The notes under the pieces were generated by a model. The model was given only the letters and a program-made list of their open reading frames with translations. It was not told where the DNA came from and made no database searches. A DNA stretch of 64,000 nt from Camelus ferus (taxonomy: Eukaryota). The stretch lies in assembly GCF_009834535.1 (NCBI RefSeq), contig NC_045697.1, positions 118,484,001-118,548,000 on the forward strand, read 5' to 3'. Made by a program: the position numbers and the translations under genes. The stretch's first letter is position 1. The number at the start of each line of letters is the position of its first letter. Positions 13,754 to 25,600 of this stretch are shown in pieces.

Positions 13754-13767
13754 CTGCCCTCTAGAGG
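13754..13767 (-). promoter_or_regulatory. Candidate CTCF core motif downstream of GUCY1B1
   Basis: Minus strand CCTCTAGAGGGCAG closely fits the CTCF core CC(A/G/T)SYAGRKGGCRS. Confidence 0.45.
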
Positions 13768-13857
13768 CTCCCAGAGCCACTCATCGGGGCAGCAAAGAGA
13801 CCTCTAAAGGGAAGCAGGTAAGGGATTATTTTTCCCCTTTAAGAATTCTGCACCCAT

Positions 13858-14581
13858 GTATTATGTAGAGTGTTCCCCCCCCCAACCACAAAGCAATTCT
13901 CAGGACCCCACCTGGTGTCCTCCAGTTCAGCTCCATTCTGACACCATCTATGCAAAGCTAGCTCCTGATTCCTCAGGGTGGGGCTCAGTCCTACAAGGCT
14001 GTCAGAGCTCAGTGGCAAGGCCAGGTTGTCACCTGTGCTTCTGACCAGCTGGCAATAGAGCTAAGGTTCCCCCAACTCCCTGTTTGGGGCCGATTAAATT
14101 GCTAGAGCGGATCACCAACGCAAAGAGCCCTTTGGCTTACTAGATGATCAGCTTGTCATGAAAGGAAAGCCAGAGGGAGGAAGCTCGCGGCCCCGCCCCC
14201 TGGGCACACCTCTGTCCCTGCATCTCCACGTGTTCCCCACCCCGAAAGCTCTCCCAACCTTCCAGGGTTTATGGAAGCCTCACTACAGAAGCCCGTTTGA
14301 TTAAATCATTGGCTATTGGCAACAATTTGACCTCCAGACCCTCTTCCCTCCCAGAGGTCAGAGGTCAGGGTGGGACTGAAAGTTCCAACCCTCTAATCTC
14401 AAGGTGGGTTCTCCTGGGAACCCGCACCCCCAAGTGCAGCCCCCGAACCACCTCATCAACGCAAAAGACACTGTCATTTTCATCACTGAGGAAATTCCTA
14501 GGGTTTTAGGAGCCCTGAGCTAGAACTGAAGATGCAGACTAAGACCAAATCTATGTATTTCTCATTCTAAATCGCATCACA
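13858..14581 (-). mobile_element. MER21-like LTR (ERVL)
   Basis: ttctgacaccatcta, ggttgtcacctgtgcttctgacc, ttgattaaatcattggc and ctgaaagttccaaccctctaatc resemble MER21. Confidence 0.75.
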
Positions 14582-14892
14582 CCTTTCAGTGGCCAACAGA
14601 ACATGTCATCTGGTGAAACAATCACAGATTCTAATAAGATGAAATAAGAAATTGGTTCCAAAATATACCTGTGTTCGTGTATAAATTGCTATTCTACTGT
14701 AAAATCTAAAAAACATGTACATGTATCAATTCAACCTGATAAACTCCTACCTGTGAGATAAAACCCGTATTTTATGGCAAGACATGAAAAATTTAACCGT
14801 GAAAAGCTTTCTCTGCCCTTTGGCCTCCTCTCCCGGCAATGAGCACCGTGTATCCACATTAGGCACCACTAAACCTGCCCCATTGGCAGAAA

Positions 14893-15112
14893 TGTTGCCA
14901 GAGAGTAGCTTCTTGACGGAACGAATTCAAGAGTCAGGCACAGGAAAGGGAAAGCAAGTTTATTTAGAGCGATGCACACTCCCCAGACAGACACGGAGTG
15001 CAGGCTTCTAGACTGCTTCCGCTCCATTAATTCACCTTTAAACTAAACCATCATAAAATCCAGGGGACCCCTGCCGCCTCCTTCCCATCCCACCTGGTTC
15101 TCATTCTCTACA
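14893..15112 (-). mobile_element. Possible short or deleted LTR remnant
   Basis: Minus strand runs TGTAGAGAATGAG...AATAAACTTG...TGGCAACA; no matching TSD. Confidence 0.4.
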
Positions 15113-15487
15113 TCTTTTTTCTGTGTCTGGAGAATGTTTTATCACCATATCAGACACTTTAGTTATCTCTATACAGGTCTTCCACCCCTAAAAGACTAGG
15201 CACTTTTCAGGAGCTGGCATCACTTTACGTTTATCCGCGTGTCCATCCCTCCAGGTCCAGTCTCCTCCTGTCACTTTGTTGGTACCAAAGAAAAACGCTT
15301 CAGAAGATGCTCGGTGAAGAGGTGGCGTTCAACTGTATCAACAGCAGCGGGGAAGCAACATTCAAGTTGACACTTGCTAAAATTATAAAGTGGACTTACA
15401 AAAATGGCACTGATCAAATGCTCAATGAGAACTTGAATATCATTTGTATTGAATTAAAAACCATCCAGAGACAAGTGGAAAAAATAA

Positions 15488-15493
15488 TTTATT
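15488..15493 (-). terminator. Candidate GUCY1B1 poly(A) signal (3' UTR about 1.1 kb)
   Basis: AATAAA on the minus strand followed by U- and GU-rich sequence. Confidence 0.55.
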
Positions 15494-16607
15494 GCAGGTT
15501 CTCTTACGCATGAACACGGAACATGTACACACATGTCAGTGTGCTGATGCGAGATACTCAAATTCAAGACAGACATCTTTACACAAAAGTAGCTGTACTT
15601 GATTTCAGAAGGATGGCTATGAATAAATTATCAGAGAGAGAAAGGACAATGGGCCAATGAATCCAACAGGAATGCATTCTAGGTCAAAATTAAAGTCACT
15701 TTTCTGAACCTGATGCCCTGGATATAATCACATTCTTGTAAGCTGAAGGGAAAGGAGCTCATTTCTGGAAATAAAAGGCCAGGGAAACCCAGCATTCTTC
15801 CCAGAGCTATCCCTGGCTGTGGTTGGAGCCCTAAAACGTATCCCAAACTGCCGTAACAGCTCATTGTGAAACAGCACCGCTCCCTGTAACAGCTGTGTGT
15901 GGTTTACTGAGAGTCGTAATACAAGGAACACGATGCAAATGACAGCATTCTAGAGCGATGATAATCACCACGTGATCTGAGTGAGTAACCAAACATCTTA
16001 GTCCCAGAGAAGTGTGCTGTCTCTGTCTGAAGCAAAGTCTGCACAATTCAAAACAGTCCCCATGTTCTCAGCACGGTTACATTCATTCTTATTTGAGGAG
16101 TCTGAAAATAAACCACTTTTTTTCTCTAAAATTGTGAATTCATTCTTTTAGAAAACGACTTCTCTAATGATATACACCGACATGATAGAACTTTTTTATA
16201 TGTTATTGTCATTAAAATTTACATACACATATCTAGAGACAGCACTCAACAGATTTGGAAAAACCACGGTGTAACTACTCATGGCCAAATACTGTTCAGT
16301 TTCACGTCATTAAATTCATCGAGTATCTATTGGGTGCCTACGACTTGCAAATCACCACGGCAGGTGATGCCTGTAGTAGATTTTAAGACACGTGAAGCTC
16401 ACATCGTCCACATCTAAAGGCGTAATATACTAAACCTTGAAAATTATCAAAAGCAGAGCTGAAATTGAATAATGAACAGTGAAAGATACACCCAGGAGAA
16501 AGGCTTGGGAAAACTGAGAAGGACAGAGGGGACGGCTGTCCCTAGGACTGGCGTGTGTCATGTGGGGATAACCCCACCTCTGTCCTCTTCGCCCCGTGGT
16601 CCAAGAT

Positions 16608-16631
16608 TCAGTCGTCATCCTGCTCTGTCTC
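16608..16631 (-). CDS. GUCY1B1: GUCY1B1 exon 14, coding part (ETEQDDD*)
   Basis: ttcttccactttttaaag|GAG ACA GAG CAG GAT GAC GAC TGA. Confidence 0.93.
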   Translation of the reverse strand, partial: ETEQDDD

Positions 16632-19600
16632 CTTTAAAAAGTGGAAGAAACACGCGATTAATTTCTAGTGATGATAAAGCTTCTCGAACTCCCCAAAAAT
16701 ATTTCCTTTCTAAACAAGCGCGATCTGCATTCCTATCTACGGTTCTTCTAGGTCATTCCCACCCTGACGCTGGAGGAAACAGGCACCAAGTGAAGGAGCA
16801 GCACTTGAGGTGGGGTTTAACCTAGAAGGACACCAGTAAGCATGCCAGGACTGCTATTTAAAGGGAAAACAGCGCAAAGAAGATAAAGATAAATATTTTA
16901 AAACTTGGCATTCCATTCCTTTTAGGACTTCTACCCTGAAAGCATTTTGAGGGAATGCATATATCCAGGAAAAGAGAGAAAACCAAGCAGCCCCACTGCC
17001 TCTACGGAACCAATACATCAATCCGGGGACAAAGTATCAAACTTGTTTCTGACCCAACCCAGGGTGATGGGAACCAGGCGGGGCAGGACCTCAGGGTCCG
17101 GAGTCCACCCACTGTGGTCCCAGGACTCCAGGGGGAGCCCCAGTGTTCCCAGCCCCTCGAGCACACGCGTTCTGGCTGGGGTCAGCTCTAGCACGAACCG
17201 AGAGCTTCCCTAAGGAAATCACATGGACTCTGGAACAGTACACATCACTTGTCTCTCGAGGAAAAACACACGAGGGACTAGCATGTCCAAGACCCCCAAA
17301 CATTCCACCGGGGGACAGCATGGCCCTTGGAAGGATCTGAGTCTTCAGAACAGAAGACAGGTCTTCTCCATCTAGTGCTCTGGGTTCTAATTCATTAGCG
17401 GACAAAAGCCGGCAACCACCAAGAATCCCCTGGGATCTCTGCATTGTTCTCACCAGCTCGTTAATGAATCAGTGCTTCCGCTGCTTCACTTAAGGGTTCG
17501 TGGAAGCAAGAACTCTTTTCAAAGGCAACATATTTTCAGTGATTAAGATTTAGCCACCCATATTTATACTCTGCCCTCAAAGAAGGAATTACCCTCTGAT
17601 TAGTCATACCTTTGGTCCTGTGTTTTTTCTCGAAAGAAACCAAACTTGCATTGGCTCCTTTTTGCCCTTCATGGACACTGGGCCTCTGTGCTCCAAGTGG
17701 AACTGTGGGTCTGAATTCTCTGGTGTCATAAGACATCTGAAAGACAGGGGACAGGGGCAGGGAGAGGTGGGTGGAGTGTGGCTTATGGGGAAGTGACATC
17801 TACCGAAGTTATAAACTGAGACGGTCAGGACACCCACTGAAGTTATCTGAAGGGACCTCAAGTTTTGAGTAACAATGATCATATCAGAGATTCCTAAGAC
17901 AATGTAGAACCATTTAAAATGGAAGTAATGGCACAATCTTCTCAAATAAGAAATGTCATCCTAGGAGCAGAGGTGATCACTGTTAGAGGAAATAAAACCC
18001 CTCAGGGAGTCAAACCATGGGCAACGGGGCATTTCTCAAGTCAGTAAATCCGAGGATGTGTTCTCTTACCTGTATGTATATTCAGACACATTTATTTTTC
18101 CTTTTTCTCCAGTGGTTTCTGTTCTGCTCGTGAGGTTGACAGTATTTCCGAAAAGGACAGTACCGTGGCATCCTCTGCCCGATGACACCAGTAACCACCT
18201 CCCCCGTATGAATCCCGATTGTTATCTGTCGAGACCAAAGCTTTGCTTCAGTGACGCCAGCGACACAAATTCTTTGCTTACTTTATATTATGGAACAATG
18301 TCATCATATGAAAACCGCAAGAATTCCACATATATTAGACAGAATCAAAGACCCTCACGAAATCTGTCTTTCAAGACTTTCTGTAAAGTTTGAAGCTTTC
18401 AAAGATAAGAATCTGGTAACTTAATATGAGATACAGAGAAGAAATTAAAAAAAAAAAAAAACCAGAAGCGATAGGAGGTTTTATCTCATCCTCATGACTT
18501 TCAGCACATGAAATAAACTAGGTAATTTCAAATAGGCGGAAAGATTTTCCATTTCTATGGAAGAACACAATACAGTGGGTTCAATAAAACATCAGTCTTC
18601 ATTGGCAAGATGCTCTTCCTTGTACATCATTAACGATTATCTGATCAAGGATATAAATCAGTTGTCTGACAAGGTCTACCACCACCGTTATGATGTCTAT
18701 TTTGTACTAACCTGAACAGATTCACCATCTACTTGAACCTGGCCAGCGATTTCCATCATGTCCAAGGCCAGGTGGCAGATGGACCTAGCGTGGTGTATGC
18801 AGGGCTCTGGTAAACCACTCACCGTCATGTACTTGTCACCAACGGTCTCCACCTAAGAGCACAGACACTTACACGTGCATCAGGTAGTTATCAACAGGAC
18901 GGCTTCATTTGCTATCCTGATACACAGAGCATCTTTCCAATGCTATCCGTAACTTTATAAACTCCCCTCCCGTGAATCTGATACATTCAGCTCCAACAGG
19001 AAGCAACCTCCTCCTTATTTGAAATTTCACACCTGGCACTCGAGATCCTTGATTACAGGCAGGTGCAGACGCAGCATTACTTCTCCTCCAGGAAGCCCTG
19101 GTTTCTCACCTCAGATACCCTTCCAATCCAGTAGAACAATTTATGATCCTATTTCCCCCTAAAACAGGGATGGTTTGAAGGGCCCAAGAGGCACTGCCTG
19201 AAGTTCAGTGATTTATCCTGGTCATTAGCCGTTTATTTATATGATGTGCTCACCAAGTGTGACACTGGAGCTCAGAAGAGGTCTATGAAATAAATACGCC
19301 CCGCGGCGCTCACATGCCTCCAGATGCCTGGGGGTGTTGCAGCATGCACTCTTGCCTTTATGAGGCAATATTCCACTGACTTCATTTTTCCAAGATCATA
19401 TTTGTTTCCAATTGAAACAAAGGGCAGAGAGGCCTTAGAACTGTTTGTCTTCAAGCTGATGCTACGTGAAAGCAGGTCTGAGTCCCCAGGACCCTCCTCA
19501 GGCTCCCCGACTTCTTTACCGTCCAAATCATTTATAGATTTCAGTAAAAACGTCTCTCGCAGAGCACCGAAGCCAGTGCTATGTTTACGTTACGCGGGAT

Positions 19601-22600
19601 AAACCACCTGCATGGACTTACTCGTGTCATCGCACGTAAGCTGCTGAACATTTTATTTTAACTAGGGAAGCGTCTGCGCCATCCGTCTTGGTTACGAGGA
19701 AGGGAGTGTTTTAGAACAAGAGGTAATTATTTAAGAAAATGGTAAATAGCCACGGCCTGCGAGCTGACTGCAGCGAGACTGCGGGGCTCCGGGCAGCGCC
19801 TGGGAGCCGGGCCTGAAAACCCAGAATCCAGAAGGGCGCCCGGAGGGCGGGCGGGGACCCCACTTGCCTTGTAAACAAAGGGGTTTTTCCGGGAATCCGT
19901 CAGGGTGTCGAAGCGGGTGTAGAGGTCGTTGAGAAGGTTGACGATCTTCATGGCGCCTTCCCCGGACGCGTGCTTGCTGCAGAAGGCGTTGAAGCCCACG
20001 ATGCCGCTGAAGAGGATGGTCACGTTGTCGTACCTCTTGGCAGGCACGGGGCGCTTGTGTCGCAGCTCGTTGGCCACGGACGGAGGGAGGACGGAGTACA
20101 GCAGCCTGTTGGGGGCAGGACAGGCCGTGAGGGGGCCGAGGGCCGGCCCACGCCCTGCGCCCCGAGGACGCCCGAGCAGCCACACGTGTGAGTCGGGGAC
20201 AGACAATGTAAAAAAGAATACTTGGTTTGAATCACAGGAAACGGCCCCAAATCCAAATGCATTCAAGCCGAATCAGAATAAGCCAACAAGCAGAGAGACG
20301 AGATAAAGGACGGACAGCAGAAGTCAAAGCTGCGTCTGCGGTCCCGGACTTGGGCCCTCCCACCGCGACACTCGCGGGCGAGAGCATCTTTGTTCGCACA
20401 GCCCCGTGTGGGCTGTGGGAACCACCAGCCGGAGCACGCGGCCTCTCAGGTGCCAGGATCCTTCACGTGTCCTTCATTCAACACTAATAGAAGCAGGTCC
20501 CCTCCCCACCCCCTGGCTCCCTCGTGCCTCAACCCCAGGCAGGACACAGAGAAAGCAGGTGCGAAACAGTCTAGGCAAGACAGTCGTTTCCACTGACAAC
20601 CCGGGACCACACTGATGGCACCAGGGCTGTGCCAAGGGGACCAGAGAGGAAGCACCGCAGGGCAAGGGTGGGCGCTGGACAGAAACTACCGGCTTCAGAT
20701 GACGACCCCGGACCAGACGATCCCGAGGGACAAATGACACCCCTCGGCCCCTGCCTCCCTGCGCCTCTTCCCTTCTCCGCGCCTCTCCCTCCTCGAGCCC
20801 CCTCCCTCCCACAACCTCTCCCTCACTGCGCCTCCTCCCCCCAGTCCCATCCCACCCTGCGCCCCCTCCCTTGCCGCAGCCCCTCCCTCCCCGAGGCCCC
20901 TCCCTCCCTGAGCCCAAGCATCCAGTGCCGGTTTTCAATGTGCCCAACGGAGCTGAGCGCCTGTGGTTCCTAGATTCAGTGGCTTGTCTCCAGTCCATTT
21001 CTAACTTTCAAACAGAGAACATTTTATGAAAGATTTGGGAGCTGTATTTGAATATTAAATGTGGGCAGTAGAACAATTCCGTTTCAACAAAAATGATGAG
21101 TCAGTGTTTAGAATTAAATCACCTTGAACAAAAAATGAAACCGAGGTGGTTTTTAATATAACAGCCCGAGCAGGGCCCTGAGTAACTCAGCCTTCCAAAT
21201 CCATGTGCCTGTGAGCCTTAGTCCTACACACTACCTGATGAGCTCCATATATGTGTTATTCTTGACGGATGGAGCTATACCACGTACTAATATAACACAC
21301 ATTTTGTGTTGTTTTTCACAAGTAGGAGGAATGTGAGTTGCCCGCCCCCATCCCATATCCTTTTGGAAATTTGCAAAACACCTGGAAAGATGAAGGAGTT
21401 CGGTTCAGGTCATGAGGAAAAATCAAGTGGCCTCAGAAGAACCACAGCTTCCAGCTGCATTATACAAAGGCAGGGCAAGCCAGGTAAGGTTTCATCCAGG
21501 CTCCCGATAACAGCTGACAGGTATATGTTCCCCCACCCATGGGCAACAACACACGTATCTAAGCAAGAACAGCGCAGAAAATGAAGCTGGTTCCGAAGTT
21601 CTGGTGTTCAAGCAGCGACACAGTTCTTAAAGGAAGAGACATCAGCTCACCTCGCCAACAAGGTGACTTCCTATTACAGAAATGTTAGAAATGAACACAC
21701 AAGGCCCTAGGTAAGATCCTCCCATCAAAGTCAGAGATTCAGTGCCTTTACTTAATATACTCAAGGCGGCCAAGGATGTGAACTTGTTTAAATGAGTTAC
21801 TTGAAAATAAAATGTTGTCTTAAATGTTCCTTGACCGATATTTCACAATTGACTCCACCATTCAGAGACAAACAATAGCTCTGTATCTTGGTACTTTTGT
21901 TCCTTTAGCACATTACAAATGGAGTTGTTGTCATCCCAGGTGACATTACAGCCTGTCAGATTCACATCTGCCAAACCCTAAAATGATCTGCAAGTCCAGG
22001 AAAATCAATCTTTTATAATATAACGGCCAATCCGAACTAAGCTCCGTGTTCAGTGCCCCCCTCAGCACTGGCCAGCCCCGGGCACAGAGAGGATGCTCAG
22101 GACACCCCACCCCGCTCGTGTGAGACACGAGTGCACGGAGAGCTGGACTTGATCTATGCATCTGAACTGTCCCAGTGGCTTTCAGAGGGATGCTTTGGTG
22201 TACGTTCTTTCCACTTGGTTTGTCACACTAGAAGCCTTGCCCCTTTATCACTGAGACTGACTTATCCTTGTGGACAAAATCCCTGTTAAGTGATGTGGAA
22301 GAGACCCCTGCTGCCCAGACCCACAGGGTTAAGAGTCTGACCCTGCGCTCGCCAGCAGCAGAGCCGGTGGCTATGGGGGTTAGAGCCACGCACTTCCTCC
22401 CCGCGAGGGGGACATTCTTACGTGTCTGTCTTCTTCTTCTCGTCCTCCAGGGCCCGCAAGGTGAGCTGCAGCCTGTCTGTGAGGATCTCCAGCTCCTGGG
22501 TCAGCTTGTACTCCTCTCGGAACTGCTCCCCCAGCAGCACGAGGTCCCGCGTGGCATCGTGCAGGGGGATGTCGCTCAGGTACAGCCCCCTCCGTGTCAG

Positions 22601-25600
22601 GTCGTCCAGGTTCATCACGCTGTCCGCAGAGAAGCAGGCAGAGTCAGTCCCTGGTGTCCCCGGGCAGCACCGACCCCTGCCCGCCGCTGTGGAGCCTAGC
22701 CCTGTCCCCCACCCGTCAAAGGGCGGGGCTGAAGGGGAGCCAAACACTGGAGGGAAGCAGCAGGAATGTGACGCCCTTCTTTTGAATGTCTAAATAGAGC
22801 AGTGAACTTGACCTGCACCCTGGCCAAGCTGCACTTTCTGATGCCCTCAGCCGAAACTGAAAGATGCTGTGAGAAACTGACTGTAAGCTGACTACTTCAA
22901 TCCAAAAGAAAAAAAGAAAAGAAAAGATACTGTGAAAAACTGCCCTGTGGAATCTGCTCAGGTTTCATTTAACACAAGGCTGTCATTTGATGTTGCCACA
23001 TTTTCCCCTCATTACAGAGAGATGGAGGAAAAGCCATCTTTACTCTCTTTAACAGGGACAGTAACAGTTTGTTTTGAGAAACTCGTTCACTGTTGCCTCA
23101 TGGGTTCTGTGACTCTTTTCTCCTTCAGACACAGTGATTAAAACGTTGCGATCTGTGGCCCATCTCCCACGGGACGTTACATAGGACTTCCTAACATGTA
23201 TTTTTCTGTGTTTCTCATTTCAGGCTCTGATGTCTTCTGCTACTCTCTTTATTTATCTTTTTTTTGACTAATTTTTCTCATTTATTGGAAAGATTATTTG
23301 TTCTGGCTGAGCTGTATGTGTTTTTGCAACTTATGTCATTTTTAGGAACATGGTATTTATTGATTCAGTGAAGATCTGGCAAGGGAAAAGTTAACTGCTT
23401 TCTAAAAATGTATTCTTTGGCTAAAATGGCTTCCGGTTACATGATTGGCTTGAATTCGTTAAATGCAAAGTCATTACGTCTGGTCATTAGCAATAATCAT
23501 TTCTCTAAAGCAACATAATGGAGTTGTGACTTCACTGAAGAATTTTGGATTAATAAAATGTCTCCATGTGATGCATTCTCAGCAGGAATGTGCATAAATC
23601 AAGGCAAAAATTAGCATGCCAATGAAGAAAAATAAAATGAGCCAAGAGTTTATAATTGACACACACCCCTGAGGAAAGAGGCCAGATCACCCACCAAATG
23701 GTACACAAGACCTGACAGCAGCAGAGGAAAAATGATTATAAGCTTAAAATGAAAATGAATGGTTAAATATGCTCATATGGAGACAGAAAACTTAATCAAA
23801 TTATAAGTCTCATTGTTCTAAAAATTTATGTATTATTTATTATTTTAATGAGCTATTAACTTTTCTCCTATATTTAAACTATCACCTTGGAATTATTTAT
23901 TTTATAAGTAAAACTGCTTTTAGCTGCTGTCTTAGTTAATTTGAGTATAAATTTTCTATACACATGAGCAGGCCCCATGCATGTATCAAGCTGTGAGTGT
24001 GTCTCTATGAAATCGATTTCTGCATGTGGTGATTAGCAGACAGACTCCAGATTCCCTGCTTATGTTTCTAAAGAAATCATTTTTCTCCATGAACAGAAAT
24101 TGTCCCTGTTGAGAAGCTGTCATTCTGCTGATGCTCAACTAAGAAAGAGGCAGAAGGAAAAAACACAGCAGATGAAGATGTAGTGACAGCCCCATAGGTT
24201 ATTGCTTAAAAACCATAAAGAGTTTGGGTCCCCTAATTTTGTCTCTTTTATTTCCATAATATATATTCTCAGGGGGGAAGAAACCCATCATTAGTCTAAT
24301 CTTTAATACTATATTTATAATTTTAAAGAAGGTTGCTTCAAAATTTATTAGATTTTTCAGAAATTTTAAGACAGTATCTTCAAATAAAAAGTGATCATTT
24401 GGACTTTAAATTTTTAATCACTAGCCCACCAAAACATGCTTTCTCGAGTGTTTACTGAACAATGTGCCCAGATTTCGGTTATACAAAGTAATAAATTCAC
24501 AAAATATCACCTAACACTGAGTTTTACAATTATGTATTGCTGCTGTCCTAAAGCGAATTTCGATACAGGTTTCTAACTCTGAATTCTTATGCATCTTTCA
24601 ATAAAACGCTTTGTCAAATTGGGAAACTACCAACTTACAGTTTTATTTCCCTCTGGAGTTTACCATAAATAATATAATTTAAATAAATTTCAACTTAATA
24701 GTGTATTTTGCATAGTGTATCTCTGTTAAAGTAGCTAAATATTTTTAATATAAAAGTTTAAATCCAGAAATAATTAGAAAAGTAATCTCTTGGGTGCCAA
24801 ATATACCCACATATTCACCTATCGTACGAGATGCTTTATAGAATCAGTTGTCTATGTGACATCTCTCTGGGAGGTACGGAGCCACAGAATTAACTAACTT
24901 CAGATCAGGCATCCCCTGATCTAATAGCATAAACACTCCGCAAGTTGCTAAGACATGGCAGATAAAACAGAATTCACGATTTCTTCTGAGTTTATCACAA
25001 ACGTTAAATGAAAGTACCTTCATTATGGAGAGAAGTTTAACAGAGCTGTAAAATCTAGTTACACTTTGTGCACCCGACTGAATAAAATGTCACCGAATTC
25101 CTTTGTTAGCTAACGGTGGGTACTTGCAACCATTATAATTAATCTAAAAAGGATTACCTTGGTGAACACAGGAAGAGAATGCTGTCCGCTTCAGGCAGGT
25201 AGATCATCTGACCCTTGAGACGTAAGCAGCTGATCTCGGTGCCGGTCAGCTCATCCTCACACTCTAATTTCTCTACATCCAGCAATCCTTCCTTGAAAGG
25301 GCAAGACACAGCCATTAACTCCTGCCCTTCTCCCCACCTGACAGATCAGCAAAGGACATGCCGAGCCCGCTTCCCACCAAACCCAGGGCACCAGTTAGAA
25401 CAGGACAGGCAGCAGGCACCCTCATGTCACTGAGAAGGTCAGCTGACCTCCTCCTCTGAACCCAGAAGAGCTACTTTCACACTTGTTTTTAGAGTAAATG
25501 GAAGAGCCAGGGTTTGGACCTGGGCACTTTTCCTCCAGAATTCCAGCTCCATCATTTGAAAGCTACAATACTGGTAACATCAACCAGAAATACCAAATAA

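Noticed and set aside
1..15000. Exons of the expected neighbour ASIC5
   Set aside because: No ENaC/ASIC-like coding sequence recognised; probably outside the window.
18058..22793. Plus-strand ORFs over exons 9, 10 and 12
   Set aside because: Antisense shadows of GUCY1B1 coding exons.
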